Source: an uncultured Actinomycetes bacterium (GTDB taxonomy: Bacteria > Actinomycetota > Thermoleophilia > Gaiellales > Gaiellaceae). Taken from it: DNA of 64,000 nucleotides. Below the pieces are notes generated by a model that made no database searches, was not told the DNA's origin, and saw nothing but the letters and a program-made list of their open reading frames with translations. The position numbers and the translations under genes were made by a program. Positions 37,753-47,540 of this stretch are shown here, piece after piece (the stretch's first letter is position 1; each line of letters opens with the position of its first letter). The stretch covers positions 177,654-241,653 of the forward strand of contig CAWCCJ010000007.1 of the NCBI GenBank assembly GCA_963794045.1, given 5' to 3'.

Positions 37753-38070
37753 CGATTCATCGCGAGCGGCTGTTCGGAACGAGCCGCTTACGCGCGCCGT
37801 CCAGGCCGCAGCCTCGCGATTCCCGCAGCGGTGCACGCGACCAGCACGAGCGCGGGGATGAGCAGGAGATACACCTCCATCGCCAGCGCGACGAAGAACA
37901 CGTAGATCGCGAAGGCCAGGCACACGAAGGGGACGAGCAGCGGCCGGAGCCGCGGTGCAGGTTCGGTCGTCAGAGTTGTCATGGCCGCAGGATCGTGCGC
38001 CACGCAGCGCGTGAAATCGGGGCATGGCCACAGATCGCCGTCGGCTTTCTACTGACTAGGCTGCCCCCGG

Positions 38071-38826
38071 ATGGAGAGCCGTCACGTCGTCGTCACGGGA
38101 GCGGGTCGCGGCATCGGCAAGGCGATTGCGCTCCGTCTCGCGCGCGACGGCGCGTGTCTCAGCATCTTCGCACGTGAAGAAACCACGCTTCGAGCGACGG
38201 CGGACGAGATCGGAGGCGCGTTCATCCGCGGAGTCGACATTCGCGACGCGCGACAGGTGGACGACGCGTTCGCGGCTGCAGCAGCGAAGAACGGCCCCAT
38301 TGACGCACTCGTTGCGAACAGCGGCATCGGCGGGCCGAACGAGTCGGGACCGGGCGACCGTTTCGACGACCTCGTCGCGACGAACCTCGTCGGCACGTAC
38401 CGCTGCATTCGCGCCGCGCAGCGTTCGCTCGCCGCCGGGCCCGACCGCCGGGACATCGTCGTGATCTCGTCGATCCTCGCGCGCATCGCCGTGCCGGGGT
38501 ACACCGGGTACAGCGCCTCGAAGGCCGGCCTCCTCGGGCTCGTTCGCTCGCTCGCAGCCGAGCTCGCCGGCGAGAACGTCCAGGTGAACGCGATTTGCCC
38601 CGGCTGGGTCGACACGGACATGGCCTGGCAGGGCATCGGCCTGATGGCCGAGGGGATGGGCATCAGCACGGAGGCCGCGTACGACAGGGCAATGCAGGAG
38701 GTGCCGCTCCGTCGCATGTCCCAGCCGGCCGACATCGCCGGAACGGTCGCGTGGCTACTCTCGCCCGACTCCCGCGGGGTCACCGGGCAGGCGATCGATC
38801 AGAACGGCGGCGCGTTCGTTGCCTGA
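38071..38826 (+). CDS. SDR family oxidoreductase (FabG-like)
   Basis: TGAGRGIGKA cofactor motif, NSGIGG, and the YSASKAG catalytic Y-x3-K. Confidence 0.9.
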   Translation: MESRHVVVTGAGRGIGKAIALRLARDGACLSIFAREETTLRATADEIGGAFIRGVDIRDARQVDDAFAAAAAKNGPIDALVANSGIGGPNESGPGDRFDDLVATNLVGTYRCIRAAQRSLAAGPDRRDIVVISSILARIAVPGYTGYSASKAGLLGLVRSLAAELAGENVQVNAICPGWVDTDMAWQGIGLMAEGMGISTEAAYDRAMQEVPLRRMSQPADIAGTVAWLLSPDSRGVTGQAIDQNGGAFVA

Positions 38827-39969
38827 GCGGCGCGCGAGCGCGAGCCCGGTGGCGCAGAGAGCTCCCGAGAGCACGAACGGCATCCAGTCGCCGGTCGCGC
38901 GAGCGAGCGCGCCTCCGGCGGCAGGCCCGATCACCGCACCGACCGCCCAGGCCGCGTTCATGAATCCGAACGCCATCCCCTGCGCGAGCCGCGACCGTTC
39001 CGCACCGTCTGCGATGAGCGCGAATGCCGGCGTGAAGAGAATCCCGTAGGCGAGCGACCCCACGACGACGAGGGGCACATACACCAGCGGGCGCGCGTCG
39101 AACGCGAGGAGAAGAGAGACGACTGCACCTGCTGCCAGTGAGATCCGGACAGGCAGCAGGCGGCCCCGTCGATCGGAGAGACGGCCGATCAACGGCGCCT
39201 GCAGGGACTCGAGCGCCGCGCTGACGAGGAACACGCCGCCGATCGCCGCTGCTCCCCAACCCGCCGCTGCGAGGTGCAACGGGGCAAGGACGCCGAGCAC
39301 GCCGAAGAGGAGCGAGGCAACGGCCATCAGCGCGAGACCCGCGATGTAGAGCCGGCTCCGGAACGCACGGACGATCGCCTGCGGCGACGGTCGCTCGCCG
39401 GGCGGCGCGTCTCCGAGTCGCAGCGTCCAGATGCCGAGGACGACCGCGAGGCCGGCGAGCGCGCAGAAGACCGGCGTGCGCCCGACGAGCGCCGCGAGCG
39501 CGCCGATCACCGGGCCGAAGAGCGCCCCGAAGATCGCCGCGCCCATTGCGCTCCCGAGAAGCTGGCCGCGCCGGTCTCGCGGGGCCGCCGCGAGGAGCCA
39601 GGCGAACGCTCCCGCCCACGTGAACGCGCTGCCCATCCCCTGCACGAACCGCGCGGCCACGAGCGTCCAGAACGACCCGGCGAGCGCGAAGCCGACGCTC
39701 GCGAGGCCCATCCCCGTCAGCCCGACGAGGACCGCGCGCCGTGCGCCGAGCCGCACCGCCGCGAGGCCGCCGGGGAGGCCGCCCACCAGGGCGCCGGCTG
39801 CATACGCCGCGACGAGCATGCCGGCCCGTGTCTTCGAGAGCCCGAACTCGTCGGCGAAGCGCGGCAGGAGCGGCGTCAGCGCCGCGTAGAGCATCGTGTC
39901 GACGGCGACGAGCGTCGCGACGAGGGGCAAAAGGCGTCGCATTTCCGAGACGCTATCTACGCTCTTCAT
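38755..39969 (-). CDS. MFS transporter
   Basis: Twelve TM helices with loop motifs of the GRLSDRRGRR type. Confidence 0.85.
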   Translation of the reverse strand: MKSVDSVSEMRRLLPLVATLVAVDTMLYAALTPLLPRFADEFGLSKTRAGMLVAAYAAGALVGGLPGGLAAVRLGARRAVLVGLTGMGLASVGFALAGSFWTLVAARFVQGMGSAFTWAGAFAWLLAAAPRDRRGQLLGSAMGAAIFGALFGPVIGALAALVGRTPVFCALAGLAVVLGIWTLRLGDAPPGERPSPQAIVRAFRSRLYIAGLALMAVASLLFGVLGVLAPLHLAAAGWGAAAIGGVFLVSAALESLQAPLIGRLSDRRGRLLPVRISLAAGAVVSLLLAFDARPLVYVPLVVVGSLAYGILFTPAFALIADGAERSRLAQGMAFGFMNAAWAVGAVIGPAAGGALARATGDWMPFVLSGALCATGLALARRSGNERAAVLIDRLPGDPAGVGRE

Positions 39970-39995
39970 GTGACGATCGACCGCGGCGGCGCCGT

Positions 39996-40536
39996 ATGAG
40001 CGACGTGAATGCCGTCACGTCGTCGGTCGACTCGCCGCCGCTCTTCGGCGGCCGGCCCGCCTTTGCCGAAGTCGCGGCCGAGCAACTGGACGCGGTCTAT
40101 CGCTACCTCGTGTATCTGACGGGCGACCGCTCCGCGGCCGAGGACTTGACCGCCGAGACATTCGAGAAGGCCTTCCGCTCCTGGCGGCGGTTCGACCCGC
40201 GCCGTGGATCGCCGCGCACGTGGCTCTGCCGCATCGCCCGGAGCGTCGCCGTCGACTGGTACCGGGCAGAGACACGGCGCCGGAAGCGGGAGGACACCTA
40301 TGCGCGCGAGATCCCGCTACTCGACGAGCTCGGCGAGGGGCTGCCCGGCCCGCTCGAGGCCGCGCTTCGCGAGCTGTCGCCCGCAGAGCGCGAAGTCGTC
40401 GCGCTGCGCGTGCTGCTCGAGCTGGACGGACCCGAGTGCCGCGCGCGTGCTCGGCATCAGCCAGACCGCCGTCTCCACACGGCTCAGCCGTGCACTCCGG
40501 AGGCTCGAAGAGAGGATGAACGATGTCGACGAATGA
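39996..40536 (+). pseudogene. ECF sigma-70 family factor, apparent frameshift in region 4
   Basis: Region 2 (AEDLTAETFEKAFRSWRRF...WLCRIARSVAVDWYR) is in one frame. Region 4 (AARVLGISQTAVSTRLSRALRRL) continues in another frame after the gccgcgcgcg run near 40436-40446. Confidence 0.7.
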
Positions 40537-41536
40537 CCTGAGCATCGAGACGCTGCTGCGCGCGCACGCGCCGCACGCGCCCGAGCATCTGCGCGCACGC
40601 GTGCTGGCGCTGCAGCCGCCGGCGACACGGCCGCGCTTCGCTTTGCCGTCGCGCCGTCTCGCGCTCGTCGTGATCCCCGCGGCGGCCGCGCTCGCGCTCG
40701 TCGCGGCGGTGATCAACGGCGCCGTGCGCTCCGGTGCGCGGCAGCCGTTGTCGGCGGCCGTCACCACCACCGCCGACAGCGCGAAGTCGAAGTCCTTCGC
40801 GACCGGAGAGTCGAGCAGTGGCGCGCTCCGTCAGGCAGCGACGCCGAGCATCGCCTCGTCGCGGCTCGCACACACGGATGCATCGCTCGAGCTCCGCGTC
40901 GACGACTCGGACGCGCTGTCGCAGGCGACGACTCGCGCGACGCAGATCGCAAACTCGCTCGGCGGCTACGCGAAGTCCGTCAACTACGACACGCTGGCGG
41001 CGGGGCAGGGGCGATCGGTTATCGAGCTGCGCATCCCCGCGCAGAACGTCAAGGCGGCACTCGCACGGCTTGCCGGGCTCGGGACGATCGTCTCGCAGCA
41101 GCTGTCGGTGACCGACCTGCAGGATCGCTTCGCGACGGAGTCCGCACAGATCGCGCAGCTCCGCCGCCGCGTTGCCGCGCTGCGTGCCGCGTTGGGCTCG
41201 CCGACGCTCCAGGACGCCCAGCGCGTCCTGCTTCAGATCAGGCTCGCGGAGGCGAAGCGCGCGCTCGCCCAACGGCTGCACGCACGAAAGGGCACGGTAG
41301 AGGCCGCGGCGAACGCGACGGTCTCGCTCGTCATCGGCACGAAGGAGGCCGTCGCGCCCGTCCCGCGCGAGCGTGGCCGCATCGGTCGCATGCTCCACTC
41401 GGCGGTCGGCTTCCTCGCGCTCGAGGGAATCGTCGTCCTCTACGCGCTGATCGTCATCAGCCCGTTCGCGCTAGCCGCCTTCCTGCTCTGGCTGTGGCGC
41501 CGGCGGTCGGTCGACCGCCTCTTCAGCCGGATCTGA
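40523..41536 (+). CDS. DUF4349 domain membrane protein (putative anti-sigma partner)
   Basis: An N-terminal TM helix, a central DUF4349-like coiled-coil region (LELRVDDSDAL...LQDRF..E.AQIAQLRRR) and two C-terminal TM helices. It overlaps the reconstructed sigma stop. Confidence 0.75.
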   Translation: MSTNDLSIETLLRAHAPHAPEHLRARVLALQPPATRPRFALPSRRLALVVIPAAAALALVAAVINGAVRSGARQPLSAAVTTTADSAKSKSFATGESSSGALRQAATPSIASSRLAHTDASLELRVDDSDALSQATTRATQIANSLGGYAKSVNYDTLAAGQGRSVIELRIPAQNVKAALARLAGLGTIVSQQLSVTDLQDRFATESAQIAQLRRRVAALRAALGSPTLQDAQRVLLQIRLAEAKRALAQRLHARKGTVEAAANATVSLVIGTKEAVAPVPRERGRIGRMLHSAVGFLALEGIVVLYALIVISPFALAAFLLWLWRRRSVDRLFSRI

Positions 41537-41549
41537 TGGAATACCGGCC

Positions 41550-41855
41550 ATGCTCGCCGGGCTCAGCACGGGACATATGGTCGGCCTGGCCGTCGTCGCC
41601 GCGATCTTCATCGCCTTCGCGCTTGCCTCCTCGTTCCTCGCGCCGCGGCACTGGCCGGACTTCCCCGGCGAGCACGGGCTGAGCGTCTTCATGATCGCCT
41701 GCATCGTGATGTTCGCCGCGATGCTGACGGCGGTCGCGGTGTTCGACGTCGAAGAGCCGGAAAAGGAGACACCGAAGCAGCAGCAGAAGACGTCGAGCCT
41801 GCCGAATCAGCAGAGCCGGCTCGCGCGCGTCTCCCTGCCGACGCTCGGCGCCTGA
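41550..41855 (+). CDS. small membrane protein (hypothetical)
   Basis: Two TM helices followed by a polar tail. No family was recognised. Confidence 0.45.
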   Translation: MLAGLSTGHMVGLAVVAAIFIAFALASSFLAPRHWPDFPGEHGLSVFMIACIVMFAAMLTAVAVFDVEEPEKETPKQQQKTSSLPNQQSRLARVSLPTLGA

Positions 41856-41935
41856 GGCTCCCCCGAAAAAGGGCCGTTCAGATCCTCCCGACACAGAGGG
41901 ATCTTGCGCGCGCTGCGATACCCTGTCGCGCACCC

Positions 41936-42026
41936 GGAGAAGTGGCCGAGTGGCTGAAGGCGGCGCCCTGCTAAGGCGTTAGGTGGCTGAATGGCTGCCT
42001 CGAGGGTTCGAATCCCTCCTTCTCCG
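41936..42026 (+). tRNA. tRNA-Ser (anticodon GCU)
   Basis: GGAGAAGTGGCCGAGTGG... with anticodon loop CTGCTAA, a long variable arm and the T-arm GGGTTCGAATCCC. Confidence 0.9.
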
Positions 42027-42660
42027 TCACGAGAGCCCCGCTTCGGCGGGGCTCTCTCTTTTCGGGCACCGGGCGAAGGTGGGCGATGCAGAGCGTCGGC
42101 TCGACGAACGGGTCGAGGCGGTCGACCTCCCGGCCCGCCGCGGAGGCCTCGAGCGCGCCGTCGATGATCCCGCGGTGCAGGCTGCAGATCACGTGTGGCG
42201 CACCTTCGGCAAGTGCGTAGAAGGGACACCGCCGCATCTCGATCCGTTGGCCCGTCTCTTCTGCATCGAAGCCCTCTCGGTCGAGGAGCTCCGCTACAGA
42301 GGAGCCCGGGCTCGCCTCGTGCAGGTGGCGGCCCCAGCGGGCACCGCTCTCGTAGACACGCCCTTCGGCGGCAGAGTCGCGAGCCAGCGTCTCGGTGAGC
42401 ATCATCGCGAGCAGCCGGTACTCGTCCCGGCCTGCGACGACGCCTTCTGCGGTCAGTCGGAACACGACGGCGGGCCGTCCGCGACTCGCCCGCCGCTCGG
42501 GCGCCGAGCGGAGAAGACTCGCTCCCTCGAGCCGGCTCAGGTGCCAGCGAACCGTGTTCGGATGCAGCCCGACGAGCGCCGCCACCTGTGCGGTGTCGAG
42601 CCCGTCCGCGCTCTCCCGGATCGCGCCGAGGATCGCGGTTCGCTGCTGCTCGCCGTCCAT
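41971..42660 (-). CDS. winged-HTH (ArsR-like) transcriptional regulator
   Basis: MDGEQQRTAILGAIRE..LDTAQVAALVGLHPNTVRWHLSRLEGASLL. The 3' end is doubtful because the ORF runs antisense through the terminator and tRNA-Ser(GCU). Confidence 0.65.
   Translation of the reverse strand: MDGEQQRTAILGAIRESADGLDTAQVAALVGLHPNTVRWHLSRLEGASLLRSAPERRASRGRPAVVFRLTAEGVVAGRDEYRLLAMMLTETLARDSAAEGRVYESGARWGRHLHEASPGSSVAELLDREGFDAEETGQRIEMRRCPFYALAEGAPHVICSLHRGIIDGALEASAAGREVDRLDPFVEPTLCIAHLRPVPEKREPRRSGALVTEKEGFEPSRQPFSHLTP
42031..42064 (+). terminator. rho-independent terminator after tRNA-Ser(GCU)
   Basis: GAGAGCCCCGC-TTCG-GCGGGGCTCTC hairpin followed by TCTTTTC. Confidence 0.7.
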
Positions 42661-42793
42661 GGATCGAGCATGCACGCCCTTTTGCACGAGAAGACTCGTA
42701 GAAAACCCTGATCGTGGAGCAGGGAAAACCCAGATTTGGCCGGCGCCATTTCTTCCTACGTTCGTTGGAGAAAACCAGACGACCGGAGGAGCA

Positions 42794-43954
42794 ATGAGCT
42801 CGTACAGCGCAGGTGGCCACGAATCCGACAACAGTGTCCTTCTCAAGCTCTTCGCCCTCTTCGCGGGGATCACCGTGCCCGTCGTGATGATCGTCGGGCT
42901 GTTTCTCGCGATCTCGGCGCACAACGCCCGGGATGACGCGCGCCACGCCGCGGCGACAGCCGCCAAGACGTCTGCTCCTTCAATGCCGGGAATGGCGATG
43001 CCCGCAGCAAGCTCAGCCGCTCACGGCGCGGTCGCCACGCCAAGCTTCGCCGGCGTCGCCCCCGAGAACGCAGACGCTCTGGCGATGAGCCATGCGGCGT
43101 TCCCGGCGACGCTCCCTGCCGCCCCCCCAGGCGCAGTCGCGAACGTCCGCCTCGACATCAGCCATTCGACGGTCTCCATCGCTCCGGGGATCAAGTACGA
43201 GGCCTGGGCGTTCGGGAGCACTGCGCCCGGCGCCGTGATCCACGTGCGCGTGGGGCAGACGGTGCGGGTGACGCTGCACAACGCGTCGCCGATGCCGCAC
43301 TCGGTCGACTTCCACGCCGCCGAGATAGCTCCGAACGTCGCGTTCTCCGACGTGCTGCCGGGGAAGAACAAGACGTTCTCCTTCGTCGCGAAGGTGCCGG
43401 GTGTGTTCATGTATCACTGCGGGACCGCCCCCGCCTTCATGCACATCGCCAACGGCATGTACGGCGCGATCGTCGTCGAGCCCGCGAACATGCCGAAGGC
43501 CGACCGCGAGTACGTCCTCGTCGGCAGCGAGTGGTACCTGAACAAGGCCGGCCTCGGCTCGCCGGCGAGCCTCGACCTGACGAAGGCCGAGCAGATGACG
43601 CCGGACTGGGTCACCTGGAACGGGTACGCGGGGCAGTACAAGACGCACCCGCTCACTGCAAATCCCGGGCAGATCGTCCGCTTCTGGGTTGTCGACGCAG
43701 GCCCGAGCCTCAATACGGAGTTCCATGTCGTCGGGACCGTGCTGTCCCGCGCCTGGATCAACGCGGATCTCGTCGATGCGCCGCAGCACGACATCCAGAC
43801 GGCGGTTGTGCCGGCCGGTGGCGGCGGCGTGTTCGACGTGAAGATAGACAAACCCGGGATCTACCCGTTCGTGTCGCACAGCTTCGCGAGCGTGCAGATG
43901 GGCCAGGTCGGCCTCCTCAACGTCGGTCACGTGCCGGGCACGATGAGCCACTGA
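42794..43954 (+). CDS. nirK: copper-containing nitrite reductase (NirK-like), N-terminally membrane-anchored
   Basis: GGAGGA Shine-Dalgarno sequence. It has PHSVDFHAAE (T1/T2 Cu His and catalytic Asp), YHCGTAPAFMHIANGM (His-Cys...His...Met) and one N-terminal TM helix. Confidence 0.8.
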   Translation: MSSYSAGGHESDNSVLLKLFALFAGITVPVVMIVGLFLAISAHNARDDARHAAATAAKTSAPSMPGMAMPAASSAAHGAVATPSFAGVAPENADALAMSHAAFPATLPAAPPGAVANVRLDISHSTVSIAPGIKYEAWAFGSTAPGAVIHVRVGQTVRVTLHNASPMPHSVDFHAAEIAPNVAFSDVLPGKNKTFSFVAKVPGVFMYHCGTAPAFMHIANGMYGAIVVEPANMPKADREYVLVGSEWYLNKAGLGSPASLDLTKAEQMTPDWVTWNGYAGQYKTHPLTANPGQIVRFWVVDAGPSLNTEFHVVGTVLSRAWINADLVDAPQHDIQTAVVPAGGGGVFDVKIDKPGIYPFVSHSFASVQMGQVGLLNVGHVPGTMSH

Positions 43955-43973
43955 TTCTGCGGGTCGCCGAAAA

Positions 43974-44014
43974 GGGAGAAGCCCCGCCGGAGCGGGGCTT
44001 CTCCCTTCTGATTT
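43974..44014. terminator. bidirectional rho-independent terminator (nirK / tRNA-Ser GGA)
   Basis: GGGAGAAGCCCCGC-CGGA-GCGGGGCTTCTCCC hairpin flanked by an A-run upstream and a T-run downstream. Confidence 0.7.
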
Positions 44015-44036
44015 CAAGCGCTCGAACACAGCGAGC

Positions 44037-44125
44037 GGAGAGGGCGGGATTTGAACCCGCGACGCACCTTTCAGCACGTACGCGATTTCCAGTCGCGCTC
44101 CTTAGACCACTCGGACACCTCTCCG
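44037..44125 (-). tRNA. tRNA-Ser (anticodon GGA)
   Basis: The reverse complement is GGAGAGGTGTCCGAGTGGTCTAAGGAGCGCGACTGGAAATCGCG... with a long variable arm and the T-arm GGGTTCAAATCCC. Confidence 0.9.
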
Positions 44126-44179
44126 AGCGACGCGCAGGGTACCGCCTCACGTGTCGCTCCTCGCTACCATCGGGCCGCC

Positions 44180-44268
44180 GGAGGGGTGGCAGAGCGGTCG
44201 AATGCGGCGGTCTCGAAAACCGTTATCCGTCGTTAGGCGGATCGAGGGTTCAAATCCCTCCCCCTCCG
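44180..44268 (+). tRNA. tRNA-Ser (anticodon CGA)
   Basis: GGAGGGGTGGCAGAGCGGTCGAATGCGGCGGTCTCGAAAACCGT... with a long variable arm and the T-arm GAGGGTTCAAATCCCTC. Confidence 0.9.
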
Positions 44269-44270
44269 CT
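44210..44270 (+). repeat. attL-like copy of a 61-nt direct repeat (3' part of tRNA-Ser CGA)
   Basis: Matches 53737-53797 at 60 of 61 positions (G44232 versus A53759). The repeat starts in the anticodon loop. Confidence 0.8.
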
Positions 44271-44475
44271 AAATCTAAGAAGGTGCAGGGCTTCCTCCGG
44301 AGCTCCCTCAGTGTGGCAGCCGGATGAAAGTGTCGTGGCCAGATCTGCAAACGCCCCGCAAACATGGGCCGTCCCGACCGCGAGCCACGCAACACACGCA
44401 CCGTCGCGAAGGGGTCGGGTCGGAGGCGCAGAGCACTCGTGGCCGGTCGCGTCGCACCGGGTTCAAGGGATAAGC

Positions 44476-45294
44476 ATGAGCCGGAGCTGCTCGGGGTCTG
44501 AGACGAGAGGAGGCGCCGGGGGTCGCGGTCGCGTGTTTCCGGTCGGGTATGCCACAGCGCGGAGCGAGCGTGATGAATTTCGTACGCCGGGCGTATACGT
44601 GCTGGCAGGGGCGTCGGAGGATCCCAAATTCGAGGCGCGCGTTTACGTCGGCGAGGCAGACGACCCGCGGAGCCGGCTTGACAACCACAGCGCCAATAAG
44701 GACTTCTGGAACCGCGTCGTCCTCTTCACGAGTGTTGGCCAGAGCCTCAACAAGGCGACGGTGCGCTACCTAGAAGCGCGGCTACTCCAACTGGCGTCTG
44801 CCGCCGGACGCGCGCTTCTCGACAACGGGAACGCGCCATCGCTTCCGCCTTTATCGGAGCCTGATCGAGTGGACGCAGGGTCATTCCTCGGCGACATGCT
44901 CGTGATCTACCCACTCCTGGGCCTAAACGTCTCCGAGCCCGTGGAATCGCTCCTGCCGACTGCTCTCCGGCTCTATCTCAACGGCCCAGAGGCATCGGCA
45001 GAGGGCGCGCAGGCTGAAGACGGGTTCGTCGTCTTCGCGGGCGCAACGGCGCGAACCGCGATGGTCGACTCAATGCCGGATTGGGCTGCGGGCATTCGGC
45101 AGGCTCTAGTTCAGTTGGGCGTATTCGTCCCCGACGTGAATCCGGCACGGTTGCGCCTCACGCAAGACCATGTCTTCAACTCCCCCTCGGCCGCTGCAGC
45201 CGTTCTCCTCGGGCGATCGGCAGCCGGGCCGGTCGAGTGGAAGGACGCTTCCGAAGAAACCCTTAAGAGTCTCCGAGAAAAAGCGATCCTGTAG
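44476..45294 (+). CDS. GIY-YIG nuclease domain / DUF4357 protein
   Basis: GVYVLAG...VYVGEADDPRSRLDNH...FWNRVVLF (GIY-YIG) plus a C-terminal FNSPSAAAAVLLGRSAAGPVEWK (DUF4357-like). Confidence 0.7.
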   Translation: MSRSCSGSETRGGAGGRGRVFPVGYATARSERDEFRTPGVYVLAGASEDPKFEARVYVGEADDPRSRLDNHSANKDFWNRVVLFTSVGQSLNKATVRYLEARLLQLASAAGRALLDNGNAPSLPPLSEPDRVDAGSFLGDMLVIYPLLGLNVSEPVESLLPTALRLYLNGPEASAEGAQAEDGFVVFAGATARTAMVDSMPDWAAGIRQALVQLGVFVPDVNPARLRLTQDHVFNSPSAAAAVLLGRSAAGPVEWKDASEETLKSLREKAIL

Positions 45295-45337
45295 CGCAGA
45301 AGCCGCCACGAGCCGCGCTGCCTCGTTCAAGCGCCCG

Positions 45338-46502
45338 TCAGCGCGTCGGCGCGAGCTCGCGCGCCGCGGTGAGCGACTCGCCGGTGACGGCGTCGAAGAA
45401 GTGCAGCCGCGACGTGTCGACGTGGAGGCGCGTCTGCTGACCCTCGCGCGCGACAGCGCCCCGCTCGACGCGGGCGATGAACGGTGCTGCCGTGATGGTG
45501 CGTCTGCTCGTCTGCCGCCTCGAGCGCCTCCTCGCCGACGATCTCCACCAGCTCCGCCGCCGTCACGGGGGGCGCGTCGACGGCGAAATGGAGGTACACC
45601 TCGGCGCCCATGTCTTCCTTGATGTCGACCGTGACGTCGAGGGGCGCGCCCTCCCCGGGCGGTGCGTGATGTCCTCGGGGCGGATGCCGAGCGGCGACCG
45701 CGGCCGCGCGCCTCGAGCCCGCGGCGGGCACGGGCAGCTCGTGCGGCCCGAAGCGCACGACGAGGCCGCCGCCGCGCTCGACGAGCTCGGCCTCGACGAG
45801 GTTCATCGCCGGCGAGCCGATGAAGCCCGCGACGAAGAGGTTCGCCGGCGCGGTCGTAGAGAACCTGCGGCCGGTCGACCTGCTGGAGGAAGCCCGCCGC
45901 GCATCACGCAGACGCGGTCGCCGAGCGTCATCGCCTCGCTCTGGTCGTGCGTGACGTAGATCGTCGTCACGCCGAGGTCGCGCTGGATCCGGGCGATCTC
46001 GGCCCGCATCTGGACGCGCAGCTTCGCGTCGAGATTCGAGAGCGGCTCGTCCATGAGGAAGGCCTGCGGCTCGCGGACGATCGCACGGCCCATCGCGACG
46101 CGCTGCCGCTGGCCGCCGGAGAGGTGGCGCGGCCGCTTCGTCAGCACCTCGCGTGAGGCCGAGGATCCGCGCCGCGGCCTCGACGCGGCGCCGGATCTCG
46201 CCCTGTCGATCGCCGCGCATCTTCAGCCCGAAGCCCATGTTGTCGTAGACGTTCATGTGCGGGTAGAGCGCGTAGTTCTGGAAGATCATCGCCATGTCGC
46301 GCGCCTTCGGCGGCAGGTCGTTGACGACCTCGCCGCCGACGCGGACCGTGCCGCCGGTGATCTCCTCGAGACCCGCGATCATCCGTAGCGCGCTCGTCTT
46401 GCCGCACCCGGACGGCCCGACGAAGACGACGAACTCGCCGTCGGCGATCTCGAGGTCGAGCTCGTGGACGGCGCGCGTGCCGTCGGCGTAGACCTTCGTC
46501 AA
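45338..46502 (-). pseudogene. sugar ABC transporter ATPase (MalK/UgpC-like), multiple frameshifts
   Basis: Walker A (GPSGCGKTS) is in one frame. [16 protein letters not shown], Walker B and the H-loop are in a second frame (45803-46147). The C-terminal regulatory domain is spread over two more frames. Confidence 0.75.
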
Positions 46503-46600
46503 GCCGCTCGAGCTCGATGGCCGCCACGGGCCGGAACCCTAGACGGCCCGCCGCGGGTTTGCAACGACAGGCCGACCGACCACATAGAGTCCTGCCGCAC

Positions 46601-47537
46601 ATGGCAGCGGTGGCGGCCGCACGGGGAAGCCGGACGCGATCGGCTCCGGTACGTCACGGAGCGTCGCGGGTTCCTCGCGACGCTCCTCATCTCCCCTGCC
46701 GTTCTCTTCATCGCCGCGCTCGTCGGCGTCGCCGCTCGTGCTCGCCGCGTACCTCAGCTTCACCGACGCGCAGGCCGGCTCGCTCACCGGCAGGTGGGTC
46801 GGCCTCGCCAACTTCCGCAGCGCGCTGCACGACCCGATCTTCCGCGGCGCGCTCTGGCACACGTTCCTGTTCACGCGTGATCTCCCAGTCGTCGTCGATC
46901 GTCTGCGCCGGCCTGCTCGCTCACGCGCTCGTGCGCACGTTCCGCGGGCGCTGGCTGCTCCGCTTCTCTGATCCTCCTGCCCTGGGCGGCGCCGATCGCG
47001 CTGACCGCATCGGCTTCCTCTGGTTCTACGACCCGCAGGCGTCCATCTTCAACTGGTTCCTGATCAAGCTGCACATCGTCGACGCCGCTGAACAAGCCGA
47101 ACTGGCTCGGCACGCCGAAGGTGCGATGGCGTCGATCATCACCGTGCAGGCATGGCGGACGATCCCGTTCGCGACGGTGATCTTCATCGCCGGAATCTCT
47201 TCGATCCCGCAGGAGGTCGACGACGCCGCCGCGATCGACGGCGCGACGGGGTTGCGCAAGTTCTGGTACGTCTCGCTGCCGCTGCAGCTGCCGATTGCGC
47301 TCGTCGCGGTTCTCTTCGGAATCGTGTTCACGGCGACCGACATGGTCGTGCCGTACATCCTCACGAACGGCGGCCCGTTCAACTCGACGCAGATGATCAC
47401 GACGTGGGCCTTCCACGACGGGCATCAACTCGGGGAACATCGGCGAGGGCGCGGCGATCTCGCTCTTCCTCCTGCCCGTACTGGCGGTCGTCGCGATCGG
47501 GATGCTCTTCTTCGCGCGCAGGGCGGAGGTGACGTAG
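46601..47537 (+). pseudogene. ABC sugar permease 1 (MalF/UgpA-like), multiple frameshifts
   Basis: The TM segments and the EAA loop (IPQEVDDAAAIDGATGLRKFWYVSLP) are recoverable only by joining three or more frames. Confidence 0.65.
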
Positions 47538-47540
47538 CTC

